Of a stretch of DNA of 64,000 nucleotides, positions 1-13,328 are shown piece by piece. The position numbers were made by a program, and so were the translations under genes. The stretch comes from Octopus vulgaris (taxonomy: Eukaryota), in the NCBI GenBank assembly GCA_951406725.2, contig OX597814.1, forward strand, positions 127,968,001-128,032,000, given 5' to 3'. Each line of letters opens with the position of its first letter. The first letter of the stretch is position 1. The notes beneath the pieces are model-generated. The model searched no databases and was not told the DNA's origin. It saw nothing but the letters and a program-made list of their open reading frames with translations.

Positions 1-91
1 ATAGTGGAAGACGCCCAAAGCGCCACGCAGTGGGACTGAACCCGGAAGCATGTGGTTGGTAAGCAAGCTACTTACCACACAGCCACTCCTT

Positions 92-269
92 TCTGGATAG
101 GACACTGGTCTGTTGCTGGATTATTCCTTTTTACCAGATGAGTGGAGTGGAACAAGGTGAAATGAAGTGTTTGACTCAAGAATACAATGCATTGTCCAAT
201 CTAGGAATTGAAACCATAATCTTACAATCATGAGTCCAATACCTTAACCACTAAGCCATGTGCCTTCAC
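92..269 (-). mobile_element. tRNA-derived SINE family C
   Basis: Head gtgaaggcacatggcttagtggtt on the minus strand. Confidence 0.7.
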
Positions 270-300
270 TTGATAATGTGGTGATTGGTATAAATCGTTT

Positions 301-551
301 AAAAGATGTATAAAAGGCGGTGAGCTGGCAGAATCGATTGCACACCGGGCAAAATACTTAGCGGTATTTCGTCTGCCGCTACGTTCTGAGTTCAAATTCC
401 GCCGAGGTCGACTTTGCCTTTCATCCTTTCAGGGTCGATTAAATAAGTACCAGTCACGCACTGGGTCGATATAATCGACTTAATTCGTTTGTCTGTCCTT
501 GTTTGTCCTGTCTGTGTTTAGCCCCTTGTAGGTAGTAAAGAAATAGAAATA
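301..551 (+). mobile_element. tRNA-derived SINE family B with 14-bp TSD
   Basis: A-box-like gagctggcagaatcg and B-box-like gagttcaaattcc; central gcctttcatcctttc...gtcgat (MetaSINE-like from memory); TSD GGTATAAATCGTTT at 287-300 and 552-565. Confidence 0.88.
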
Positions 552-1003
552 GGTATAAATCGTTTGTAAAACAGAACTGAAAGATCATCATGGTTTGACT
601 TTCTTTCATCTTAATAGGTCTACCGGATCAAGTGTAACCTGGGGTTAAACAACAACAACAACATCATGAAAACAACAATTTAGTATTGCCTGTTTTTCTA
701 ATAGAAAACCAAAACACAAATAAGTAATTGTTAAAGACAGGGCTGGTGTGAAATAGATATCACTTTCTTGAACGCATCTGTAGTTTGTCTTCTGGTTTCT
801 AGTGAAGGGGTCCAAACATCTTCCTCAATCTCCAAGCAAGTGTTGACCTTTCTTAAACATTTGGTTAATTATTGTGTCTGACATGGGTTTATTTCAAACA
901 TAAATTTCTGCCAAAATTTGGATTGGTTTTCACTTGTTTATTGAGACAGTCTCACTTCAGTTAAGACATTTCTACTTAATTCTATTTGTTCTGAAAAGAA
1001 AAG

Positions 1004-1051
<48 letters not shown>

Positions 1052-1640
1052 AAAAAAGAAAAACATCTTGGAGAAAATAAAGAGAAAGAACTTGATATTG
1101 TGTTTTTCTTTTCATAAATTCTCTCTCATTCAATGTTTGTCATCCACTTTCTCCACATCATCATCATCATCAGCAGCATTGGACCACTTTAATAAATGAC
1201 TTCATCTGTTGTCTTGAAGTTCCAAGCTGTAGGCAAGCTTCCTTAGGAAGGAAATGTCTCCCAGTAAACAAGGAATGGTTCTGAGGAAGCAGCACCTACT
1301 TTCAGGAGGTTCCTACCTGAAGTCACTTTTGATATCGCCTCCATTTCCTGTTGTTATTTCTTAATTTTGTGCTTGTGTTGTAAGAGACACATATTTCTCT
1401 TGGCATTGTTTGTTTGTTGATTGTTCTGTAGCTGTTAGCACTCTCGCATTCATACAAATATTATGATGTACTGAGACACACAGACATACAGATATATGTT
1501 GCTCATATCTATGTATATACATATTGCCTATAGTTGATTTACACACACACACATGCACTGATACAATCATAAATACATACAACCTATTCACGCTGCATAT
1601 TGTACATAAATAGACATACTATTTACATATTATATACATA

Positions 1641-2009
1641 TCTCTACATATATAAATGGCAAAATGTCTGTCTGTCTGTGTGTGTATCCATTATACAAAT
1701 CCACAATTTTTCAGTTAGAGGGCTTGCACTCTCTACGGTCATTCAAAACCGTCCAAGGGTGGTCATGCATATCTTTACACTTCCCTAGTCACCCCGCAAA
1801 GCCATTAAAAAATCAATAGAAGTGAGTTTTTTGTGAATTTTCTATCCAAAACCCAATCAAAATGCCCGAAACTTGATATGCCAATTGAATGCCAGCTAGC
1901 TGTATGTGATTGGTCGGAGATTTGGACAGTACTCACGTGTATGTGCGCACGCACACAGCTGTATATGCATGCACTAGCGTGCATATACATTCACGGGTCA
2001 TAGTGCTAG
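1641..2009 (+). mobile_element. Non-autonomous Helitron-like element (family 1)
   Basis: A/TC 5' end, internal (CTGT)n, 3' end CTAG/T, no TSD. Confidence 0.62.
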
Positions 2010-2069
2010 TTTTTATATATAGTACATTCAGTCTATAAATATATGTATACAGAAATACTATGTACATTC

Positions 2070-2858
2070 ATGTGTGTGTGAACAGTTATGCTACATGGCA
2101 ATGAAACATGGGCTGTGACAGCCGAGGACATGCATAGGCAAGAAAGAAATGAAGCCAGTATGCTTCACTGGATGTGCAATGCCAGTGTGCATGTTCGACA
2201 GAGAGTAAGTATCTTGAAAGAAAAGTTGGGAATAAGAGGCATCAGATGTGGTGTGCAAGAAAGGCGACTGCACTGGTATGGTCATGTGATGTGTATAGAC
2301 AAGGACAGCTGTGTAAAGAAGTGCTGATCTCTAACTATGAAGGGAACCTGTGGTAGAGGCAGTACCAGGAAGACATGGGATGCGATGGTGAAGCATGATC
2401 TTTGAACTTTGGGCTTCACAGAGGCAATGACTAGTGACCAAGACCTTTGGCGATATGCTGTGCTTGAGAAGACCCATCAGGCCAAGTAAAATCGTAGTTG
2501 TGAATGATGCTGGTATCATGTAACTGGCACCCATGCTGGTGGCATGTAAAAAGCACCTTTCGAGTGTTGGGCCTCATGGAGGCAATGACCAAGACCTTTG
2601 GGATTATGTCATGTTTGAGATGAAGACCCATCAAGCCAAGAAAATTGCAGTCATGGCAGATACTGGTGTCACACAAATGGCACCCATGCCAGTGGCATGT
2701 AAAAGCACCCACTACACTTTCAGAATGGTTGGCATTAAGGACATCTAGCCATAGAAACCATGCCGAATCAGACTGGAGTCTGATGCGGCCTTCCGTCTTG
2801 CAAGCCCTGGTCAAACCATCCAACCCATGGACAACAGACGTTAAATGATGATGATGAT
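2070..2858 (+). mobile_element. RTE LINE 3' fragment (ORF C-terminus, 3' UTR, (GAT)n tail)
   Basis: MLHGNETW...RRLHWYGHV...; 3' UTR shared with many copies and ending in atgatgatg. Confidence 0.88.
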
Positions 2859-4424
2859 ACTATATACATTTTTTAAATGTATATAATACATACAGCCTAT
2901 ACATGCTACATATATATATATATGTAAACATTACTATATACATAGAACTGGCAGTCCATCAGTTACAATGACGAGGATTCAAGTTGATCTGATCAACAGA
3001 ACAGCCTGCTCTTGAAATTGAGATGTCAGAGTCGTAATCAGTTTGTAAGGATTGGTTCTTCATTGATTGCCACTATGTAAAGATGAAGGAACAATGATTG
3101 AAGTTGTGAAGAAAATATTTATTTACCATTATATCGAATATACCTTGCCTTGATGGGCAGGTGATAAAATCCTAGCGTATGCGAAGTAAGGTTAGATGTG
3201 GTAGATTTTCCTTGTATAGTTTTTTGTACACATTTTCTTTGCCGTAATCCACAGATAGCAGTAGAATAATGTTGTAAGAGAACAGAATTAGAGCTAGTGA
3301 AGGTTGTTGGGTTGTGGGAAGATGTCTCATAGCTGCTGACAGTAAATTTCATTTCCCCCTTTGACCAGTCTTTAGTAGCTGCCATGCTTGTCACCATGAT
3401 TCTAGCGCTCCATTCCCTAACTGATAGTAGCTGTCTTTGACTTGAGTTGTCATTCATTAACTAACTGATTGAGTTGTCAAGAGCTGACTAACGGATTTTT
3501 GCTTGGGGTTCTTGTTTTATAACTATCCAGAAGGATAGAAATATCATTGAGAGCAATAGATTTAGTTGGTGGTCTTGTTATCTTAATTCTAGCTTTTGGT
3601 GAAATAGAAGAGGTTAGAAAGGTCAAGTGGTGAAGACATTATTTTGGCCTAGCTAAAGCAATCTGGCAAATGTAAAACTGCTGTCACAGAAAAACTATTG
3701 TTCCACCATGAGAAAAGTTCTGTTGAAGTGTTAATTTAAATTTGGCTATGGTGGATCAAAACCACTTCATGCCTGCAAGATCCACTACATATATATACAT
3801 ATGTATGTATACATACTATATGAATATTTTGAAATGGTTTCTTTTTTTTGTCAGAGAAAGAAAGAACTATTCTCAAACTAGGGACCTAGTCCCAAGTGCT
3901 ATGAACATTATAAGCTCTGCTAAATGCCTTCATGTACACAAAGATTGGATGGTATGTGTGTGTATGTGTGTGTGTGTATGTGTGTGTGCATGTGCATGTG
4001 TGCATGCGCGTGTGTGTGTGTGTGTGTCCGTGTCCATGTGTGTATGTGTGATATATATACATTTCCTTCTTTTAGAACTGACAAACTCAGTATGCAACCA
4101 GTAATTTATTTATCAACCCACAGAAAAGATGACAGCAAAATTGACATTGGTGGGATTTGAACCCAGAGCACAGAGATCTGAAATGATTAATATAAAGCAA
4201 TCTATCTGACATTGAAGAGAAATCTTAGACCTTTTGCTTCAGTTCTTGGCAATGTTTTTTTGCATTTTCTATGTAGAAGAAATGTGAATTGTCTGACTCT
4301 GTGTATGAGTGTGTGTGTGTATGTGCATGTGTTTTGTGTGGTGCATGTTTGTGTTTTATGCACATGTGCATATGTGCATGTCTGTATGTATGTGTCACAT
4401 ATGCATCATGGTATGCATGTGTGC

Positions 4425-4476
4425 GCATACTTGTTTGTGCATATGTTTATGTGTGTGTGTGTGCATGTGTGTGTGT

Positions 4477-4526
<50 letters not shown>

Positions 4527-4800
4527 TGTTGTGTTTGAGTGCTATGTGCTGTCAAAAGAAGTTACTCATGGCAGAAGGTTGAGCTGTTGAGGTTTACTCA
4601 CAACAAAGTAACAGACGATGACAGGGATTTATGTGTTTTTGTGTAACAGACACATCCAACCCATGCTAGCATGTAAAACGGACACTAACAGTCGTAGTGG
4701 TGTTGATGTTGTTGTTGTTGTCAGTGGTGGTGGTGGTGGTAGTGGTGGTGGTGGTGGCAGTGGTGCTTGTAGGGGTAGTGCTGATGATGATGATGATGAA

Positions 4801-4839
<39 letters not shown>

Positions 4840-4850
4840 AGTAATGTCAA
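4425..4850. repeat. (GT)n, (GGT)n and (GAT)n microsatellite cluster
   Basis: Read directly from the sequence. Confidence 0.95.
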
Positions 4851-6637
4851 TAATGATGTTGGTAATAATGACGATATTTGCATATATATATGTATTGCTA
4901 TATATGCTTTTTTGCAAGACTGTAAAGTTGATAAATATCTTCGTCTGATATGATATCAATATCTAACTTTTAAAGTGCTGTGTGATCCAGACAGCTAAAA
5001 CACACAAGAAAATGTCACCAAATGATTAGGTAGCTGGATATATCATTTAATGGATACTAGAGTTTCAGCTAAGAACCGACACCAACCTCATATTTCCTTG
5101 TTTTGTCTACACTATTGTTATTTACATTTACCCACTGACAAGCATTGAGCAACTTACTCTAAATACATTATAGAAATCTGACCTTGTCTGGAATATTCTA
5201 CCGATCACTCTCTGGTTTTCTAATCTCAAGAGAAGTAAGAAATCTAAATAAAAGTCTTGAATTTCTAAAATGTTAAAATAATGGAAGAAAAGAGAATAAA
5301 TATTAAAAGTGCTGACTGAACAGCAAACCATAAGCATTTAATGACCATGTTTCATGCTGGCATGAGAAGGACAGTTTGACAGGATCTAATGTGTTCAAGA
5401 CTGCACCATGCTCTTGCTTCGGTTTTGGTAGGTTTCTACAGCTGGAAGCTGTTCCTAATGCCAACCACTTTACGGCATGAAATGGACACTTTTTCCATGC
5501 CACCTTCACTATTGAAGTCACTATGCAGCTCTTAGGGCCTTGAGTTCTGGGAGTGGTGGTGGTGGTAGCTTCATGTCTGGTCATGCTGTGTCATGCTGTG
5601 TCACACTGATTCTGTCTAAAATATGTTATGGGTATGCATGCTAATTCAATGAACAAGTATGGTAGAAATGTTAGCAAACACTGGGCGAAATGTGTAGCCG
5701 TATTTCGTCTGCCGTTACATTCTGAGTTCAAATTCTGGAGACCTCTCCAGTGGTAACGTGCCCTTCCATGTGGCCTGACCCGAACGCTAGAAATAGCAGA
5801 TGCTTTTCCCCTACCTTGACAAAGCGCTCACACATCCAGCTCTGTCGGCTATCCCCAATCGAAAAGGCCCAATACTCCCCTGCTTGCATGCACGTCACTC
5901 CTGCCCCTTCCTCTTCTGGTCAGCCCCAAGTTCTGGTCAGCTCCCCAGCTGCTGACGTCATCCCACAATACTCAGCATACAACTGGAATATGTTGATTCC
6001 AAGACATGCAAGTACTATCTCTGAAGTGGATATATTGTTGAATTTTAATTCTTTCAATGACAGAGGAATTGCAAAATTCATAAGTTATAATCCGCTGTGC
6101 TATTTTCCCAAATATATCATACCTTTAATCTGGTAGAGGACCATTCTACACATTCCAATTGGTAATGGTCTATCACATAGACTTCTGGAGACAGTTGAGC
6201 ATGTGAAACTTTTCTTTATTGTCCATTCTGTTTGTGAATACCTCTATGTTCTGGCAATGATTGTTCTTGCTGTTGTTGTTGTTGTTATTTAGTTTCAACT
6301 CAATTCAATCATGTTAACCACATAACAATGTTAACTAGATTGATCATATTATCACACTACCATAACCACTGTTAACTACTTTTACCAATTTTACAAATTA
6401 AAAAGAAAGCCTAGTGGAGCCAGTCTCATCAGAAAACGGAATTAAGATACACAGCATTCAACAACACCGCAATCAGCAACATAGATGCTGCACTAAAGAC
6501 CTTCAACAAAGTAATTATATGTAATTTCCAAAATACATATCCCACAAGGCTACATAAAAGGACAACTCCAATAACACAACACAGATAGCCACACTGATTA
6601 AAATTATGGACAATATGATCCGTGCATCGAGGGGCTT

Positions 6638-6784
6638 GTAGCTTGCTTACAAACCACATGGTTTCGGGTTCAGTCCCACTGAGTGGCATCTTGGGCAGGT
6701 GTCTTCTACTATAGCCTTGGGCCGACCAAAGCCTTGTGAGTGGATTTGGTAGACGGAAACTGAAAGAAGCCCGTCGTATATATG

Positions 6785-6815
<31 letters not shown>

Positions 6816-7042
6816 ATGTTTGTGTGTCTGTTTGTCCCACCAACATTGCTTGACAACCGATGTTGGTGTGTTTAGGTCCCTGTAACTTAGTGGTTCGGCA
6901 AAAGAGACCGATAGAATACGTACTAGGCTTACAAAGAATAAGTCCTGGGGTCGATTTGCTCGACTAAAGGCGATGCTCCAGCATGGCCGCAGTCACATGA
7001 CTGAAACAAGTAAAAGAGTAGTGTAAAAAGAGTAAAGAGAGT
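6638..7042 (+). mobile_element. tRNA-derived SINE family A (internal TA/TG microsatellite, GTAAAAGA tail)
   Basis: B-box-like ggttcagtccc; core ggcaYcttgggcaRgtgtcttc; about 20 copies in the window. Confidence 0.85.
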
Positions 7043-7233
7043 AATGCTGCAAAACAACAGAAATAAATTTCATTAAACAGCTAAGCAAGGAAATAACCAG
7101 GAAAATAAATTAACAGGAAAACTGAAAACTGGGAAAGTATTTATATGCGACATAGACCATAAAATAAACAAATAAAACACAACATAGAGGAGCACTTTGT
7201 GGTGCATCTGAGCACTGTATACAATAATTTCAC

Positions 7234-7282
<49 letters not shown>

Positions 7283-7884
7283 ATATATCATCAATAACAA
7301 TGACAATAATGCCAACAGCTACCACGCAACAACCCATCTCAAAATTACAACTGCAAATTATATATCCACACATTGCTTGAAAATAGGCCATCAAAAGTCA
7401 TACAAACAACAAAGGAACTCAAAATGAAGAATTCTACATAGAATTTTGGTTCCTCTCTTCCATTAAATAGTCAAATAGCAATGAAATTTTAGCTGCAAAA
7501 GCTTGAAAGAATTGCAAACGTACAACTAAAATACCTAGGGCCTGAAGGAATCACATCCCTTCACCATTCTCCAGATAGTATGCATCTATTCCAACCCTAC
7601 CTAGAAAAACCTGGCTCCATGACAACAAGCTTGAAGTAGCAAATACCAAATCTACCATTTCCCTTCTGATCAGGAACACCAGAAAACATCAAATACCACC
7701 AACTAATAGTTGAATAATGAATATACAGAAGACAAATGTATTAGATGTGGCATACAATGCCTCTTCAGTGTTAACAGCACAAATAGTCATATAGTTAGAT
7801 ACATAGATCCTGTTGCCAGGAAAACAAAATGACATACACATATTTAAAGCACTCATAGGCACAAGATTTAACCTACAGAAAGAA

Positions 7885-8222
7885 ACACATGGTTCTGGGT
7901 TCAGTCCCACTGCATGGCACCTTGGGCAAGTGTCTTCTACTATAGCCTCAGGCCGACCAGACAGATTTGGTAGACAGAAACTGAAAGAAGCCCGTCGTAT
8001 ATATATATATATGCATATGTATGTGTGCGTGTATATGTTTGTGTGTCTGTATTTGTCCCCCCAACATCACTTGACAAGTGATGCTGGTGTGTTTACGACC
8101 CCGTAACTTAGCGGTTCGGCAAAAAGAAACCAATAGAATAAGTCCTGGAGTTGATTTGCTCGACTAAAGGTGGTGCTCCAGCATGGCCACAGTCAAATTA
8201 CTGAAACAAGTAAAAGAGTAAA
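7885..8222 (+). mobile_element. SINE family A, 5'-truncated
   Basis: Matches family A. Confidence 0.82.
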
Positions 8223-8229
8223 AAAAAGA

Positions 8230-8551
8230 TCGCTCTGTCGGTTACGACGACGAGGGTCCCAGCTGATATTTTCGACGGAACAGCTTGCTCGTGAAATTAA
8301 CATGCAAGTGACTGAGCACTCCACAGACACATGTACCCCTAATGTAGTTCTCAGGGAGATTCAGCGTGACACAGAGTGTGACAAGGCCGGCCCTTTGAAA
8401 TACAGGTACAACTCATTTTTGCCAGCTGAGTGGACTGGAGCAACATGAAATAAAGTGTCTTGCTCAAGGACACAATGCATCACCAAAAATTGAACTCACG
8501 ACCTTACAACTGTGAGCCGAATGCCCTAACCACTAAGCCACATGCCTTCAC
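8230..8551 (-). mobile_element. SINE family C inserted in the tail of a family A SINE
   Basis: agtaaaagagtaaa is duplicated at 8209-8222 and 8552-8565. Confidence 0.8.
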
Positions 8552-9311
8552 AGTAAAAGAGTAAATAGTGTACAAACAATACATTAGATCCATCATAAAG
8601 TATTCTGATCCTGTCCCCCAGTCTATTCATAATAACCTACAACACAGTACAAACAACATAAAAAAGCATATTTAACTTCATTATATGTTGTACACAGACC
8701 ACCCTGTTTAGTCACCTGCACAATGGTCAGATTGAACTAAGAACCATGTGTTTGAAAAGCGATCTTCTTAGGCACACAGTCATGCCTTCACTCATGAAAT
8801 TTTGTCCCAATTTTCTAAAGTTCTAATATTCAGAAACTAAATTTTCTCTTATCCCAACCCTTATCTTTCTGCATTGCTGATTAATACATCTTCTGTTTAG
8901 TAAGTCAAGCATATTAACATCTTTTAAGAAATCTTTCTCAATTCACTTTTTATACATTTATTTTGTTAGGTCTACAATTCTGCCTTATTTGAGTGAAAAT
9001 AATATATATCAGCTGTACTTAGGATAAGGTTTCCAGGAAAGGAATGTTATTCCTTGAAAAGTAATCCTTTAAAGCATCTTTTATTTATCAAGAATTCCTA
9101 CTAATTAATTGGAAGTAGTTTACAAATTGTCTGTCCATACTGACGCCAAAAAGATTCACTTTATGCTTAAGTAGACATGATGTGTGATGTTTGTGGTTTG
9201 TGAGGCTAGTAGCAGTGAAAGGCCAATGTATGTAATAGATATGGAAGAATTAGAACAGGGGAAGAAAAGATGTTAAATTAAAACAGAACCAACTGTATCA
9301 GATTATGTAAG

Positions 9312-9642
9312 TGTTGTAGGGAAAACTATACACCCTTTCCCACATGACAAAGTAGGAAAGGGTGTACCGTAAAGTTAGGCAGTCAGTCATTATAGGAAGT
9401 CAGTAGTAGTTGAGTCATTGTATGAGTTCTCAGTTAGAGTCAGTGCTAGTTATGTGATATATACGAGTTCAAGTTACCGCCAAGGCAGATGTTTCAGAGT
9501 CATTGTCTTGCAGAGCTATCAGCAATAGCATAATTGACGAGTCAAAGATAATGAGACACGGAAGTCACAACACAATAGTGGCAGCAAGAATATTACAGCG
9601 CCGACAATAATATACAAGTGGATGAGGATTCACATGATGACA
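9312..9642 (+). repeat. 5' LTR (331 bp)
   Basis: TGTTGTAG...GATGACA; aligns by eye with 12795-13132. Confidence 0.9.
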
Positions 9643-9822
9643 GTGGTGACGAGAATATAAGCAATTCAAGTGGACAACATGAAAAAAACAATCTTTTTTC
9701 ACAAGAAAATAATTCATGTGGATGACGTTGAAATATTTTTCATGTGGAGAAATTAAAATCCCAACAGAGGAGGAGTTACAAACATTTTTGTTGTATATAT
9801 TTTACGAAAAATCCGTAAAATT

Positions 9823-12561
9823 ATGGAAAATTTGTTAGAGGGTTTAGATGAGTTACAAAACAGCAACAACAACAACTCAAAGAACAACAACTGTTACTGC
9901 AACAAATGCTACAACAAATGAAGCTGGTACCAAAACCAGAAAATAGGTTTTCGCCAGACCATGTAACAAATTTAATAAATGAATTTAAATATGACCCAGA
10001 AGAAGGAGTCACTTTTGAGGCATATTACCAAAGATTTGAACAAATTTTCGAAAAAGAATGCCAAGACTGGATGGATGAAATGAAAACATCTAAATCTGAG
10101 GAAACTGGCAATGATAGAGCATAAGAAATACTGTAACTTTATATTGCCTAAAAAAGTTTGACATAAATTTCATGGACACAATTGACATTTTATGTAGGAC
10201 GCTTAGTGAAAAAACATGTTCAACACACATTGGAAGTGTTTGAACATGGAGAAAAGCAATGACGAAGACTTTACCACATATACAGGTTGAGTGAACAGAG
10301 AGTGCGAGAGATTTATACTGGATAACCAATCTCCAGACTCGTTCAAGTGCCTGATTTTTGCTCAGAGACTTATTGTTAAAAAGGATGAAGAAATCAGAAT
10401 GAAAATTCTCACAATGCTGGAAATGAGCCATGATATAATTTTCTAGAAACTGCCAAAAAAAGTGTGATATGATATTAAAAGTAAGGCACAACACAGAAGA
10501 AATCCAATGCAGAGATTGTTTACAGATAAAACCAGTGTGGAAGAGTAAAAAAATGGATATAGTTCTTCAGAAAATACACGACATATATATCAGGAGATGA
10601 ATCCATGAATGGCATGTGGTCGTAGGCACCTGAGAAAAGAGTGTCTGTTCAAAAAAGTGAAGAGCTTTTGTTGCGGAAACACAAGACACACTAAATTGCA
10701 CTGCAGAACTAAGATGATGAAAAATAGGACCAGACAAGAAAAAATAAACAGTTTGTCATCAGAGAAAATAGTTTGTACAACAAACAGAAAATTCATCAAG
10801 ATGAGAATTGAAACCACTGGTGACAAAATGCAATTAGACACGGATAGTGACATCACTATCTTAAATGAAGAAACATGACAGCAAATCGATAAGCTGAAAT
10901 TATTTAAATCAAAAGAAGTAGAATCTGGTGTTACAGGAAAGAAAGGATCTTTTCTTTTTGAACAGCAGATGTCAACACAATTTCTAGTTCACTAAACACT
11001 TTTAAACTTCATATACTGGTAGAATGTGTTTATAAAACATCATTTTCTCTTGGTTTTATTGAGAAAATTCTATAGTTTGTAAGACATTTCATCTGAAAAT
11101 CTGAGCATTTCGGCAATTTTAACCAATCGATTACCTCCATTCAACTAAAATCATTTGCTGCGTCTAAAACTGAGATAACATCCTGTAACTAACCCTAAAC
11201 CTCTCCCTAACCCTAACCCTAACCCTAATTTTTTTTTCTTAATTGTTAAATTAATTTAATTCCATTGCTTTAGTTTTTTTTTACACGTGTAACAATTAAA
11301 TTAATTTAACGATTAAGAAAAAAAAAATTTAGGGTTAGGGTTAGGGTTAGGGGGGAGGTTTAGGATTAGTTACAGGATGTCGTCTCAGTTTTAGATGCAG
11401 CAAATGATTTTAGCTCGAAAGAGAGCATAGGATTGGTTAAAATTCGAAAAATTAAACTATGTTAAACAAACAAATTACAATTTTCTCAAGAAAGCCAAGA
11501 GAAAAAAATGTTTTATTTTAACACATTCTACCAGTATACGAAGTTTTAAAGTGTTTAGTTAACTAGAAATTGTCTGCTGTTCAAAAGGAAAAGATCCAAA
11601 AGAAATTTCATTGTCGAATGTATTTGCAATGCAACTTTTGGAGGTAAAACGAAAACGACAATCATTTATTCGTTGAAAAAATCACTAAACCTATCTGCCA
11701 CAGTATGCATGGCGTTATTTAAAATGTGGGATACCTCCATTAGTGATTTCTGTGAAAATGTAGTCGGCATGGTTAAAAGTTTGAATGAAGTCGAACAACT
11801 GAGACAAAAAATTTTAAAATTGTTTCCAAATGTTTTTTTTTTTGAAAGATTAGGCTATTGCCCAAAAACAAAAGTGAGGATCACAGCTAAGAGTGTGTGT
11901 GGACTTTTCAGCTGGATTAACAGACTGTTTACTCAAACACAACTATCCATTATCAAGCCCAGAAGTGATCTCAAAACTAAATGGAGGAAAAATTTTCTCA
12001 AAGTTAGATTCTTAGAGGTCTATCTGCAGATACAGGTAGAGGAAGATTGTGCACACTTTTTAACAATCAACACACACCGTAGATTATATAAATTCAAGCA
12101 GTTTCCTTTTGGAGTAAAAGTGGCACTTGCCATATTCCAACAAGTGATGGACACAATGTTAAATGATTGTGACTTTGCTATCGCTTATCTTAATATTTTG
12201 ATAAAGAGCGAATCAGCGGAGCAACACTTTGAACATATAAGAAAAAAATAGTCAGAAAAATAAATTAATACGGGTTTAGACTAACAGAGGAAAAGTGTGA
12301 GTTTTTATGAAAAATATCAAATATTTAGGTCAAGTAATTGACGAAATGGGATGAAGGCCAGACCCATCAAGGGCAATGGCAATACAGAATATGCCTTCTC
12401 TAACGAACATCAAATTGTTACAAGCATTTTTAGGCTTGGTAAACTATTATCGAGTATATATTCCGAACATACACAACACAAGGGCTCCACTAAACAATCT
12501 GTTAATAAAGAAGCCAAATGATTTTGGTCAGAAAAATGCTGGAAAGCATTTGAGGGACTAA
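9823..12561 (+). pseudogene. gag-pol pseudogene of the gypsy element (frameshifts and stops; RNase H and integrase not visible)
   Basis: EFKYDPEEGVTFEAYYQRFE (gag); degenerate tandem CCHC at about 10605-10705; MQLDTDSDITI (protease); YLQIQVEE...TINTHRRLYKFKQFPFGVK...IFQQVMDTML (RT); LQAFLGLVNYY. Confidence 0.88.
10945..11597. mobile_element. Foldback/MITE DNA element with long TIRs carrying telomere-type repeats, inserted in the gypsy protease region
   Basis: Ends GGATCTTTTC...GAAAAGATCC; arms are inverted over about 300 bp; (CCCTAA)4 at 11205-11228 and (TTAGGG)4 at 11329-11352; flanks gaaagaaa/aaaagaaa. Confidence 0.85.
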
Positions 12562-12794
12562 ATCATTTCCAATCTGGCTGTATGACGCATTTCAGGTACC
12601 AACAACATTATAGGTGGTTGAACCCATGTGTACAAGTGGAAGAAAAAGGAAGAACACAAAGTTCCTACAAATAGATATCAAAAAGAAAAAATATTAAGTT
12701 GAAAAAAAAACACACACTTAAAAGGGAGGAGGAGTAAATAAAGTAAAATAAATTTACTTGCTTCTCAAAGAAAAAAAAGGACTATAAGGGGAGA

Positions 12795-13132
12795 TGTTGT
12801 AGTGAAAATGGTACACCCTTTCCCACGTGACAAAGTGGTATGATAGCCACTATAAAGTCAGACAGTCAGTTGTTGTAGGAGGTAAGTAGTAGTAGTAGTG
12901 TCATTGTACGAGTTCTCAGGTGGAGTCAGTGTCAGTTACATGATATACACAAGTTCAAGTTACCATCAAGGTAGACGTTTCAAAGTCATTGTCTTGTGGA
13001 GCTATCAGCAATAACATACTTGGTGAGTGGAAAATAATAAGAAGCAAAATACTGTCACAACATAATAGTGGTGAGAAGAATATTACAGTGCCAACAACAG
13101 TATACAAATGGACGAGGATTCGCATTATAACA
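12795..13132 (+). repeat. 3' LTR (338 bp)
   Basis: TGTTGTAG...TATAACA, preceded by a polypurine tract. Confidence 0.9.
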
Positions 13133-13328
13133 GTAACTGTATGTGAATACATTTCAACTTGGCTGCAAATATAAGTGGATAGTTAAATCTATTATGGTTA
13201 TTTTATAAACCATAAAATGTATAGTGAAACACTCATATGATTATAAACATTGTGGTCTACGTTGTGTGTTGCACTTTAAGCAGTTATGATTAAGATGGCA
13301 TAGTTAGGAAGTTTGCTTCACAATTATG

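Larger units (their letters stand above)
9312..13132 (+). mobile_element. Decayed Ty3/gypsy LTR retrotransposon (Mag-like), internally deleted
   Basis: Two similar TG...CA LTRs; PBS-like TGGTGACGAG after the 5' LTR; PPT AAGGGGAGA before the 3' LTR; flanks gtaag/gtaac (4/5 TSD); gag, double zinc-knuckle, protease and RT remnants. Confidence 0.92.

Noticed and set aside
3024-3690. Possible solo LTR
   Set aside because: No TSD, matching termini or second copy found.
3742-4959. Cys/Val-rich, poly-D, poly-S and poly-M ORFs (also near 38400-40300 and 61161-61557)
   Set aside because: Translations of GT, TA, GAT and CAT microsatellites.
11205-11352. Interstitial telomere or chromosome fusion scar
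   Set aside because: Only 4 units per side, and they are part of a TIR element inserted in a retrotransposon.
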